Part shown: positions 36,901 through 47,237 of the stretch, piece by piece
How positions within the stretch are numbered: the first letter of the stretch is position 1
How the letters are laid out: each line of letters opens with the position of its first letter
Assembly (NCBI GenBank): GCA_964187785.1
Contig: OZ076409.1
Location: forward strand, 92,444,001 to 92,508,000
Length of the DNA: 64,000 nt
From: Amphiscolops sp. MND2022
Lineage: Eukaryota
Direction of reading: 5' to 3'
Made by a program: the position numbers and the translations under genes
Notes under the pieces: model-generated
Databases searched by the model: none
What the model was told of the DNA's origin: nothing
Seen by the model: only the letters and a program-made list of their open reading frames with translations

Positions 36901-37814
36901 AACAAAAAATCTATTCTGTTTTAGTCTTCCTAACAGCATGGCTCATCCCTGCTTCGCTTTGCATTCTCATTTACGCCCATATTCTCCGTAAAATCTTTCG
37001 TTGTTCACGAGGTATTAGGTCATCAGCCAACGAGCAATCACAATCAGCATCATTTTCACAACCATCTAGCACAAATGATGCTATGATATCACGACTAGCG
37101 ATAGTCAAGATAATGGCAGTGATAACCATAATTTACTGGTTTTTTCACTTACCTTTTTGGGTAATTTATATCAGCGATTCATTGCAATTATTTGAAACAC
37201 CGAAAGTGGTCCGCGCTTGGTCCGTGGCGGTTACTTACCTCAACTCAGCTATTAACCCCTTCGTTTATCTCATGCTATCTCAAAAAAAGGCTCTGAAAAT
37301 ATTTTTCTGTTTCCTCAAATTTCTTTTTTGTTCCATTTACTGTGAACTCATGTATTTGGTACTGTGCACTGATGCCTATGACAACCATTTCGCAACTGCC
37401 GACTATTACGACTCGAGCAAAAGCGGTGACAATGACGAAGATCCAGGGCCAGATCTCGAAACTCCAATGAACTTTGGGTGCCCCCCTTCGGGAGAAACGG
37501 GACAAATGGAAAAGAGTGACAAAAGTCCCAAGAGAGTTCCAAGCAAAAAATGCAAAACTGAAGCATCAAAGCCAGCTCAACTCATTCAACACGTCCCGGA
37601 AACCCATTCGTGGATAAACGGCATAACAGGTGAGAACTCGCCGCGGGTTGCAGAGAACAAGAGGAAGAAGATTTCGTTGCAGGTTACGGGGAATCTCCCG
37701 GTGTTGGGAGACGGGCGCAAGATATCGCTTCAGGTGCGACTTTCTTCAGACAGAAACATGCAACCTCAGCCAAACCCAAACACTACTGGACTTTCGGCCA
37801 TATCATCAGTATAA
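33953..37814 (+). CDS. Class A (rhodopsin-like) GPCR, peptide-receptor-like; two coding exons, ~464 aa
   Basis: Exon 33953-34187 has TM1 (GVPVN), TM2 (LNLAIADF) and WTCKL. Exon 36655-37814 has TM3 (IDIASLHASCGTLVLVAYTRL), TM4 W..P, TM5 WLIP...Y, TM6 FHLPFW and TM7 NSAINPFVY. A GC-AG intron 34188-36654 restores the exact C3.25-to-R3.50 spacing. An upstream exon cannot be excluded. Confidence 0.85.
34735..35475. mobile_element. MITE-like inverted-repeat element in the GPCR intron
   Basis: TIRs CCCAGAGTTCGAAGCCATGG / CCATGGCTTCGAACACTGGG (1 mismatch), with subterminal CCATGATCTTGCCAAG arrays at both ends. Confidence 0.6.
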
Positions 37815-37838
37815 CCGATATCAATCATATCTTCAATC

Positions 37839-38180
37839 CAGAGTTTTGACACCGCTAATTAGCGAATTAGCGGCCGTGCAAGAGTTTTTCAGCGATTTCA
37901 TTAGCGGCTCAAATTAGCGGAAACTAATATATTGTTCAAAATCAAAACTTCCTAAGAGTATACACGGGGTTTCAAAAATTGAAAAAAAATCCGACTTTTA
38001 CCTTTATAAAACCCACGAAGTATGAAAAATTCCAGTCTTTTTTCTTGCAAAAACTAAAATAAGTTGTCATTTAATATTTTAAAACATTTAATAGTTTGAA
38101 CAAAAACGTTTCAGCGAAATAGCGATTTTGAAATAAGCGGTTTAGCGAGTAGCGAAAAAATTAGCGATGTCAAAACCCTG
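37839..38180. mobile_element. hAT-type MITE just downstream of the GPCR stop codon
   Basis: TIRs CAGAGTTTTGACACCGCTAA / TTAGCGATGTCAAAACCCTG. 8-bp TSD CTTCAATC / CTTCAGTC (1 mismatch). Subterminal TTAGCG repeats. An orphan end of the same family lies at ~61118-61137. Confidence 0.75.
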
Positions 38181-38914
38181 CTTCAGTCGCATGACTCACA
38201 TGTACATGTATATCTACTAATAGACGTGATAGAAAAGTAGTGTTGTAGGAAAGTAAACCTTAATTATAGTTCAAGTTTCAATGTCAAAAGTATCAACATG
38301 TTCGATTACGGTTTTGATTGATTATTGAAGAACATTTATGAGGAGAGTTGCGGTCAGAATGTTTGCATAAATTTCCAGCAGTACCCCCATGAAAATTCGG
38401 GACCATTGGGACCAATTGTCGCTTTTTGGAATTTGGGACGAATTTTCGCTAGAGTTTCTTTTAGACAACGCAAAATCTTCCACTTAGCCTTTTCAGCTTT
38501 GTTATCTAGTTCATCATACATAACTTACGGTATCCGAAACCCTTAAATCTGTCACAATAATCCCCCTCCTGGACACAATTATGAGCTTCCAGACATTTCT
38601 GGCTGCTTTTTACTTGTAAAAGTAGAGATCAATCATTTTCAATTGAGTGTCGCTAAACTTTATTTTATGCAAGCTTTGATTCAACAGAACAAATTCTCAC
38701 GTTATACTCTTTGCAAAAAAATTTGCAATAGAAAATTAGTTTATAAACATTGAGGGTTTCTTTCCTGATATTATCAATTCACGTGTACAATGGAAATTTC
38801 CATTGTACATGTGAATTGATAATATCAGGAAAGAAACCCTCATTCGAAATTTACACGATAAAATTTCCAAACAAAAAGAAGTCAACGTTAAAGTCAACAT
38901 TGTACGATGAGAGT

Positions 38915-39114
38915 NNNNNNNNNNNNNNNNNNNNNNNNNNNNNNNNNNNNNNNNNNNNNNNNNNNNNNNNNNNNNNNNNNNNNNNNNNNNNNNNNNNNNN
39001 NNNNNNNNNNNNNNNNNNNNNNNNNNNNNNNNNNNNNNNNNNNNNNNNNNNNNNNNNNNNNNNNNNNNNNNNNNNNNNNNNNNNNNNNNNNNNNNNNNNN
39101 NNNNNNNNNNNNNN
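38915..39114. other. Assembly gap (200 N)
   Basis: Run of N. Confidence 1.
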
Positions 39115-40701
39115 CCTAAAAAAGAGTGAAGTGCTGGATATCTGTTTTTTTAGACTAATTCATCACTAGTTCATCGTAAAATTAGCTCGCACTACATTTG
39201 GCAGATTTATTACACAAGTTCATCACTAATTCATCGCTAGCTCAACTTGCGCTAGAATTAGTTGAATTTTCAGTTGAGTTCATCCTAAACTCATCATTGG
39301 AATTTGAACCATTAGATTTTGCTGTTTTATTGAATGTATTCATCCTAAACTCATCGTACGTTTGTCTTCACTGTAGAATTAGCTGTTTCACCTGTTTTAT
39401 CGACTGAATTCATCCTGAATTCATCGTCAATTTCACTAGTGCTGGAATTTAGCTATTTTCGAGGAGAGTTCATCCTTTTACCATCGTCGATTTAAATCGT
39501 GCTGGAAATCGTTCATTTTGAAGAGAGTTCATCCTTTTATCATCGTCATTTTAAATAGTGTTGATTTTCGAGCGAGAAAGACTACATTTCATCGCATATT
39601 CATCCCAGAGCTAAAACAAGACTTGAAAATCAACAAATAAGGTCATGATTCATCACATATTCATCTTTGGTTTTATATGCATCGATTTACTGTCGTTTCT
39701 AGTTGGAAATCATCGTTTCTCCCATCCTGTGATATAATGTAACTTGATCCAGTCTGAAATTAGTGTGATATCGATTACTTTTGATGCATTTTCGTTACTA
39801 TAACAACCATTGTGTTAAGTGCAGGCAATTGCGACATCTTGTAAACTAATGACTAATTATCATTTGCATATGTAGATTCATCATGGTGCTAGGCCATCTT
39901 GCGGCAGTTCACAACACCGGTCACGTGGCTTACCATTTTAGCACCAACTACGGTAGCCAATGAGAAGAGGCTGGTAAGAGATTAGCGTCTTACCAGCCTG
40001 AAAAGACACGTGAACTGCTGTAATTAGGGCCGCCATTAGTGATTACTCAGACCAAAATTGCGACAAGCTACCATCCAGTAGGATACCTCGCGTCGAATTT
40101 TACTCGAAAATACATCTCAGCTTCATCTTCAGAAACTATAATACTGAAAACTGAGTAATTTCTTTTGATGCACTTACTGCTGCGATGAACATTGGATGAA
40201 CTTCCCTATTCACCTTGCTAATTTCCTACTACCTTCCTTACGACTTGCTTATTTATACTATTCATCGATAAAACATCTCTGTTCAAATTTAGTGAATTAG
40301 AGATTATCAAATCAAATAGAACAGCAAAAATACATCGCAATAACATCTCAGATAATCCAGTCTTCACTCATAATCCTTTTCCCTCGTCTATATGAATCCA
40401 GAACAAGGTACTGAACTCAGAAGTGGTAAAATTATTAGTTCCTCGTCTGAAACATCTATTCCAACTGATCCAGACATGGCCCAGTTGTCTGCCAATGACT
40501 CCGATAGCAACGAAACTTCAGATATCTCGTCTCAGTTGTCTGAAATAAGGGAAAGTTACGAAAGGAAAATAAACGAGTTACAAAACGAGTTTAGTCAACT
40601 GAAGGACTTAATGATGGCTGTTATAAGTAAGACAGACAGTGAAAATCGGCCTTCAACTTCGAAAGGTCCTTCAAAGCCGGCCCACACAGTGGGGTCCGAC
40701 A
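39115..40701 (+). repeat. Diverged LTR (3' or solo) of the element A family, in opposite orientation, truncated by the gap
   Basis: Reverse-complement homology to ~11744-13200. Ends ...GTCCGACA with no PBS after it. Retains the LTR-encoded gag N-terminus (40392 onward: MNPEQGTELRSG...AHTVGSD). Confidence 0.9.
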
Positions 40702-41140
40702 CAAAACAAATTGAGTCCCAATACAAATTGAGTCCCAAATGCAAAAAGCGTCAATTGAGTCCCGCGACAATTGAGTCCCAAACAAATTACTCTGACGAAC
40801 TTACCAAATGCCGACAGTTGAGTCCCAAATGTAAATAGCGACAATTGAAAAGGTTGCATATTTGTTGTATGGCTCGGTCGCTTCGCTCCCTTCGCCAAGT
40901 AGCAACATTGAGGCATGGCCATATGGCACGTCGCTCCGCTTCGCTCCTGCATTTAGGGCACTAGGGGTATGTGAACATATCTGACTACGTTATAATAATA
41001 TTTCATGTCTGAATTATTTGGGACTCAATTGTCGCGGGACTCAATTGTCGACCCCCTAAATTTAATTTATTTTGGGACTCAATTTGTTTTGGGACTCAAT
41101 TGTCGTTTTTTGCATTTGGGACTCAATCGTCCATTTCCCG
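40702..41140. mobile_element. Foldback/MITE with repeat-built TIRs, interrupted at its left end by the family-A LTR
   Basis: Arrays of AATTGAGTCCC (40709-40830) mirror arrays of GGGACTCAATT (41020-41127). The right end is ...CGTCCATTTCCCG. Confidence 0.7.
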
Positions 41141-41177
41141 GTTGTTACTATTAATTCAGTGATAATTTCACTTGACC

Positions 41178-41906
41178 TGTAACGATAAGCGCTGGCGCTT
41201 GAACCGCAACGTAGAGTGGAGGAACTAGAACAGCGAATATAATCTGGGACCTAGATCTCCGCGGCTCTAGCTCATTTTCCCTCCGAAGGAGCCAGTCCCA
41301 AGGTGGGGGAACCGTCTTGTAGGACGCTCTCTGGCCTGGTCCTAGTCTGTAACTGCTAAAAGTAACAGGCATCTTGCAAGATTCAAGACCACTGCTCAAC
41401 TAGCCTTTAAAAATTGGGCTGAAAATCGATGAAGGTTGAACCGTAATATTGGAGAATCTTATAAAATCGCCAAATTGGATAAACAGATGTTAAACAACAG
41501 CTCTCGAGCATATTAATTTACCACATCGAAAAATACAACAAGAAATCAAGAGTTCAGAGTCATTTGATGAAAATTGACCTCAGGTTCCCAGCGCTAGCGC
41601 TAGTTGCCACACAGGATACCGCAGGGATACTCAGGCGAACATCTGGAACACTGGTTTCCTTTACTGTAGTAATGGATATCTCCTAGAGATTGACACAATA
41701 CCGTGTTCTGTATGCGTTGGGGACGTCTTTTTGTCGTCTCCGGTGCTTGTTCGTCGCGAGCGGCGATTTCTGTTTTTCTGGGGTGCTTTTTCTGGCAGGT
41801 ACTTCGTCTTGAGCATGTTTGAGTGCCACGTCAAAATTGAACGAATTTTTGACAAAATTTTCTAAACATGTCGGTTGATGTTGCTGTACCAGAGCTTGCC
41901 GTTACA
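41178..41906 (-). repeat. 3' LTR of element B (729 bp)
   Basis: Matches 59303-60031 at offset 18125. Preceded on the minus strand by CCAGGAGCCTGGGGAGTGA. Confidence 0.95.
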
Positions 41907-42770
41907 TCACTCCCCAGGCTCCTGGCTTGTCGTCCCTGGCAAGCGGCGTCTGGATCGTCTGGGAACTGCATCACAGTGACTGCTGGGAACCATCATCCAC
42001 ACATCGGGGAACAAGGACGAGTCCTTGTTTTTCGGCAACAATTTTGGTCGGGTTTCTTTACGAGAAAAAAAAGAACTTACTGCCTAGCTACTTGTACAAA
42101 ACACGAACGAGGTTTTAGCACCAGCTCGAGAGCTACAGTTTTCAGCCGGTTAAAACTCGTTTGGGCAGTCAACTTAAGAAAAAACTTTTTTGCGACCAAA
42201 GTCGGTTAAAATTTCTTTCCTTTCCATTTGAGACTTCTAGTCTTCAATTCATTTCAGGCGATTAAAAACTTTTTTAGAGCTTGGGGGCTCTTACGGTGAA
42301 CAACCAACTTGATGAAGAACATTAGACTAGAAAGAAACGCAATCAAGAGGGATAAGACTTCTTTTGATTGTGACAACTCAAAAACACCGCGAACGGTGCG
42401 CAACAAAAATAATAGTTTTTTTGAACAATAGTTTTCTTTTCTTTCTGCTTGGTAATTCAAGCCACTGGGGCAGGCGTACTCTATTGGCCGTACACCCAGC
42501 GCAACACTAATGGTACACTAACTATATAACCATAACTATGAACAAAAATTGCACTTTGTACTGTAGCACCGCTCTGGATGAGAAGTTTTAAGGCACTGTT
42601 TGTTGGCAGTTTATGAGGGTATAGGGAGCGCGAACGCTCCCATTAGCGGCTGGGTTTATTGAGCTGAACTGCGTCGGGTCCGCTCTTTAGTGGCATCATC
42701 TGAGTTCTGTTCTGGGTTATCAGTCGCCACTGATGCTCGACGTCGGGGAGAAACTTCTGTGGTAACTGTT

Positions 42771-43469
42771 TCAGAGTCCGACGGACTTTCGGGGAGCGAC
42801 AACTTGGCAATAGGCTGCATTGGGAGTCAATTCGGCAGTGTGCTCTCCGGACTGCTGCTGCGAGGACTGAGGGCTCGTTCGCGACGAAGACGGGCCAACT
42901 GGGTCTGGCTCCAAGTTGTGGGTTGGAAGGTTAATGGTGATCGGTTGAGAGATGGGCCGATCCAAGGACATCGCCATCGTTGGTGCGAGCATGGTAGGCG
43001 CGAACGCCTGTTGTCTCGCTATCTCTGCTCTACCTTCGACCGCTAGTGCGACACGGCGTGAGATTCATCCAGATTGGCTCCAGAGCTCGCAAGCTCTCTT
43101 CCATTTAGAGAAGCTAGCAATCTCCAACTCCAGACAGTACTCTTCCGATCTCGCTCGTTCTGTTGAGCCCAACACGGAATTTATCTCGTCGTGCTGGACG
43201 ATGGACATGTCTCCAGACATGGTCATCTTTCCCGTAGGTTTCCATGCCGACTTCCTGGGGAATGGGATAACACGGGATTGGAGATTTCTTTGCCTGATCT
43301 GAGCAGCGCCTTCAATCCATCCTGGGATCTGGGCTGACTCCAAGTGTTGGATTTGACGGTTGAAAACCTCTGGGGCGCGTCCGACGGGTTTCGCCCTAGG
43401 CCAACCTAACGGCTCCTTCCAATAGCGGTTTGGGAAGGCGATGCATTTAAAGCAGTAGAAAGGGTCCAC
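42771..43469 (-). pseudogene. C-terminal pieces of element B ORF3
   Basis: ORFs 43065-43469 and 42771-42992 share a frame, separated by one TGA (43067-43065). That frame is open upstream to the C-run at 43527-43531 (WSQEFIRKAIRAS...). Confidence 0.65.
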
Positions 43470-43482
43470 AGGTGGACCAGCA

Positions 43483-45531
43483 CTAGTGCTGGCGCGAATT
43501 GCCTTTCTTATGAACTCTTGACTCCAGGGGGAACCTAAAGGAGACCCCTTCCAAACTGAGAGGTGCAGAGTACCACTTCACTGGTCCATGCTCTCGGGGC
43601 AGAGGACATGCTTTCCTGGTGCGCGCGCGCAACAAACCCATCAGGTTCTCCTCCAACTCTCTTTCGGATTTTATGGTCGTGTACCCATGCGGCACTTCAC
43701 CACTCAGCAATGCATGTATTACCCTTGGATAGGCCAATGAAGGACGGCCTCGCAGGTAGGTACTAAAGGAGACCATGTGCACTTGGACGGCTGTTGCCAA
43801 TGGTTTTGTTGGGTATCGGCACACGCCCACTGCGCCAAAGATAGGGGCCAAGACGGGAGCCATGGCTGCCACGAAATCTTCTACTTCAGCCAGGGTGAGA
43901 TCTGCAATCTGCTGCGGCAAGGGGAATCCTGCCGTTTCCCGTGGGATCTGCTGGTCTGAGTTATGTAGTGGTTGGGATTGGTCCACGCCCACGAATAGAC
44001 CGGAGGCGAACACCAGGGTGGAATATAGCCAGTGCTGGATTGACGCACGCATGCGCTCCAGTTGGGCGGAATAGTCTTGCTGGTCTTTGGAAGTCATCAA
44101 GTGTCCCCAGCGGGTCAGGCTGCGTAGTTGTCCTTGTGCCAGGACCAAGTAGCTGTAGAACACGGTGAGGTCGCAGGCAATCACTATGTCGACCAACAAG
44201 GCCAGTGGTTCGGCTACAAACTTGGTTGGACCCATCGCTAGCGCGAACGCTAGTATTTCTCCGACAGTTGCCTCTCCAATTGTTTCTAGCAGCTTGTCCG
44301 TTTGCGTAGGAGTCAGCGAGAATTCAGAAGTTAGTACCTCAAGGTTCCATCCTAGACCAAGACTGGTACAGAAGGCTTCCAATGGACAATCGAGCTCTCG
44401 AGCTACTTCTGCCAGAGTTCTGGTGGCAAATCTGGTCTGGTACCAATAGGCATAAGAGGTGGCTGCGGCGTCGACCTCTGCCTTCAGGTTTGTTGCTTCC
44501 ATTGCTACGATGCACCGCAGTCCTACAGGCAGCTTCACGGGCTCAATTCCTGAGGCGGTGTGGATCTGAGGGATTGTTCTCTCGACGGTGCGCGCTGCAG
44601 GCCATGTACCAATTTGTTTCGTCAGTTCGGCTAACTCTGCGCGCACTGGGATTTCTTTATCTTTTCGCACTAGCCAGTTGTACCGACGAACAGCTTCTCG
44701 TTCGGTTACGTTAGACTCTCGGGCAATGCGGTTGCCGTCAAGGTCAAAGGCCAATCTGCCCATCTGCATTCCATAGTCATAGAGGATAGCGTCATCAATG
44801 GTTAGCTGGGCGTTTCCCGAGCGTTCTATGGCCACGAGTGCTCTAGATACGGCGGCAAAGAAGGCTGGATACGATAAGGTATCTGGGCGCAGGTCCTCTT
44901 GGTCCACACGCAAGTTTGGTGCACAGATGGCGAATTCGACTTTGCGCGCCTTACATACTTCCAGCAGAATGTAGACGAACTGCTGCAGACTTCGTGGCCA
45001 ATACATGAATCCTGGTGGGGATACAAAGAGCGCGAGCGCTCCCAGACGACCCCGAAGGATCCCTGCGGCACGTTCCATTGCACCGACCACCTCATTTACC
45101 AGGGCTGCAATATTTCCAAGTCGTCGGACATCGGACATTATGGCGTCCAGGTCATGCAGCAACCCTTCGCAAGCCATGTGATCCAGAAGATTGGCAAAGA
45201 TCACGCGCTGTGGGGGTGGTTCCTTTTGTGATCCTCTTAAGTTTGGATCGTATATGGCTCCAACCATCTCAGCGACCTCAGCGAAGCGAGACAGGGGCAT
45301 AGTTAGTACCAGCACGTCAGGCATTAAGTTGTCAATAGGGAGGTCACTTCGGCAAGTAGAGTCAACAGCCATGCAGTAGCGCGCGCGCCGCAGAGCTGCT
45401 TTCAATAGTGGTTTCAAGGATCTCAAATTGCGAGCGTAGCGGGCGTTTGCTTCCCATGTCTCACCTTCTCGCAACACATACCGTGGGGAATTGCTCAGTG
45501 ATATTGTGTTGCAGGGGCGCCATGTAATCAT
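43483..45531 (-). CDS. Element B ORF3, middle segment (possible SGNH/GDSL-like fold followed by a helical region); unknown function
   Basis: 682-codon open frame overlapping the upstream ORF; joined to it by a single +1 shift at TTC CCC (~45485-45490). Confidence 0.7.
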   Translation of the reverse strand: MITWRPCNTISLSNSPRYVLREGETWEANARYARNLRSLKPLLKAALRRARYCMAVDSTCRSDLPIDNLMPDVLVLTMPLSRFAEVAEMVGAIYDPNLRGSQKEPPPQRVIFANLLDHMACEGLLHDLDAIMSDVRRLGNIAALVNEVVGAMERAAGILRGRLGALALFVSPPGFMYWPRSLQQFVYILLEVCKARKVEFAICAPNLRVDQEDLRPDTLSYPAFFAAVSRALVAIERSGNAQLTIDDAILYDYGMQMGRLAFDLDGNRIARESNVTEREAVRRYNWLVRKDKEIPVRAELAELTKQIGTWPAARTVERTIPQIHTASGIEPVKLPVGLRCIVAMEATNLKAEVDAAATSYAYWYQTRFATRTLAEVARELDCPLEAFCTSLGLGWNLEVLTSEFSLTPTQTDKLLETIGEATVGEILAFALAMGPTKFVAEPLALLVDIVIACDLTVFYSYLVLAQGQLRSLTRWGHLMTSKDQQDYSAQLERMRASIQHWLYSTLVFASGLFVGVDQSQPLHNSDQQIPRETAGFPLPQQIADLTLAEVEDFVAAMAPVLAPIFGAVGVCRYPTKPLATAVQVHMVSFSTYLRGRPSLAYPRVIHALLSGEVPHGYTTIKSERELEENLMGLLRARTRKACPLPREHGPVKWYSAPLSLEGVSFRFPLESRVHKKGNSRQH

Positions 45532-46951
45532 TGGTTGTCATAGGCAGCTGCTCTCGAGCACGCTGTTTCCAAGCCTGCTCCGACATATCTGCGTCACGGG
45601 GGCGCAGCGAACGCGTGACTTGCGCCGGTATCGTGGTTCGGTTAATCTCCTTTTGCTCCGTTTCGGTTGGAGGGGTCCTCTTCTTGATAGCGCATTGACT
45701 GGGGTAGAGATGCTCAGCCGCCATCCAAATGCGTTTGCTATCATTGGTGACTACTGAACCAGATACGTCGTCAGATGGAGGGAGGAAGGCTGTAGGACGG
45801 GCTTCCTCCACCGTCTCAGGTATTTCCAGGGACATATCTACTGGATTCGTGCCCGAGGGCACAGAGCTCCCTTCCGAGCCTGCATCCGGATCTCCATACT
45901 GCTCGATCTCGTCTGTCAAAGACATTTGAGGCGCGCTTCGGCCTAGATGACCCATCCGGTACGGGGGCCTAGGAATGACTACACTTTTCAACTGTGGTCG
46001 AGGTACATCAGCGCGCTTGTCGGGAGGGGGACGACTAGTCGGGCTCTCGGTTACCGAGCCAGCTGGGGTAACTGAAACAGTTTCTTCAGTTAGCCGCTTT
46101 CTCCCCGCTTCTTCTCGTGTGCCAGTGGCAGCACTTGCGCTGTTGCTCGGTCGAGCGGCAATTTCCACATCCATAGCTGCTGTCTCGACTAAGGGAGCAG
46201 GAGGGTCACAGCCCGCGGGCTGAGCAGCTGCTTGCAGATACGTGGCTAGTCCAGGGATTCTTTGCTCCACGGCACGAACAAAATCGGAGGAGTTGGGATA
46301 GTTGGCCACTGCTTGCAAGGCCACAATTACGGCCTGTTCGCTGGTACTCCTTCCCGTCAGTTCTAGGTTGGGTATGGGTGGCAACCGGGACCCCGAGGGC
46401 TCCCGATCAGAGACTGGTGCACTAGTAGTGGGTTGCAGTACCATATGCGGCGCTCGATACGAGGTTCCAAAGGCAGGTGAACCGGAATACGTTGGCGGCA
46501 TTGGTACTGGTTTTGGTGCTGGTGGGGGCAATGCGACCATCTGAGGAGGAGGCATTGTTGCTACGCTGGCAGGCACCATACACAGTGAGGCTTCTTGCTC
46601 GAATCTCGTGCCTTGACTGGGTCCGAGCATTGCGGTAGAACGTTCATCCAAGAACTGGTGCGTCAGATCGTGGCCATCCCACGCATTGTTTTGGCAGGTT
46701 AGCGTGCGACGGTAACCGGCTACTTCTGTCACCAGAGACACGGATACGCCCGGCAGCGTCTGCATTGTGTCTAATTGAGTGAGTAGGGCGGCCACGCCCG
46801 CTACCGCTAACGGTGAGAGGCAGTTCCTCAGTCGTTCTTCTACATATTGGACTTGATTAGTCCTCTGCGCTCGCGCAGGCAATTCTTGAGGCCTATTGGC
46901 GTGAGGTCCCGTCGTGGAAATAGGTACCGTGTTGTTGGGGTAATAAGCCAT
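45461..46951 (-). CDS. Element B ORF3, N-terminal Pro/Ser/Thr-rich segment; unknown function
   Basis: 496-codon ORF with a good ATG context (AAAATGG), starting 287 nt after the pol stop, inside the LTR pair. Confidence 0.7.
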   Translation of the reverse strand: MAYYPNNTVPISTTGPHANRPQELPARAQRTNQVQYVEERLRNCLSPLAVAGVAALLTQLDTMQTLPGVSVSLVTEVAGYRRTLTCQNNAWDGHDLTHQFLDERSTAMLGPSQGTRFEQEASLCMVPASVATMPPPQMVALPPPAPKPVPMPPTYSGSPAFGTSYRAPHMVLQPTTSAPVSDREPSGSRLPPIPNLELTGRSTSEQAVIVALQAVANYPNSSDFVRAVEQRIPGLATYLQAAAQPAGCDPPAPLVETAAMDVEIAARPSNSASAATGTREEAGRKRLTEETVSVTPAGSVTESPTSRPPPDKRADVPRPQLKSVVIPRPPYRMGHLGRSAPQMSLTDEIEQYGDPDAGSEGSSVPSGTNPVDMSLEIPETVEEARPTAFLPPSDDVSGSVVTNDSKRIWMAAEHLYPSQCAIKKRTPPTETEQKEINRTTIPAQVTRSLRPRDADMSEQAWKQRAREQLPMTTNDYMAPLQHNITEQFPTVCVARR

Positions 46952-47237
46952 TTTATCATAGGTCTAAAAAGGATTACCGTTAGGCTTACTAGGTGCATCG
47001 TGGGGAGAGCTTAAGGCTCATCGTTCAGCTGCAATAGTACAAAGATGGTTTCATAGGGGAACCGCAACAAGTTTAAATTGTAGTTCAACTAACTAATTGG
47101 AACATAAAGATAGAAGTTATTTAACGTTACGTTACAATGTAATCATTTCATGGGATGGTTTAACACTTCCTCCCAGGCATAACGAATATCGGGGTGGGTA
47201 AATTGAATAGGGGGCAACTAAAAGCGTTTTGGGCGGG

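Noticed and set aside
38750..39169. ORFs spanning 38750-39169
   Set aside because: Artefacts of translating through the N gap.
40702..41140. CRISPR-like repeat array
   Set aside because: Eukaryotic context; the repeats are short, irregularly spaced and mirrored as TIRs. There are no unique spacers or cas genes.
45440..45482. GTATGT splice donor on the minus strand at the ORF3 junction
   Set aside because: A 1-nt shift explains the join without losing coding sequence, and a sense intron would tend to be lost on retrotransposition. Not excluded without RNA data.
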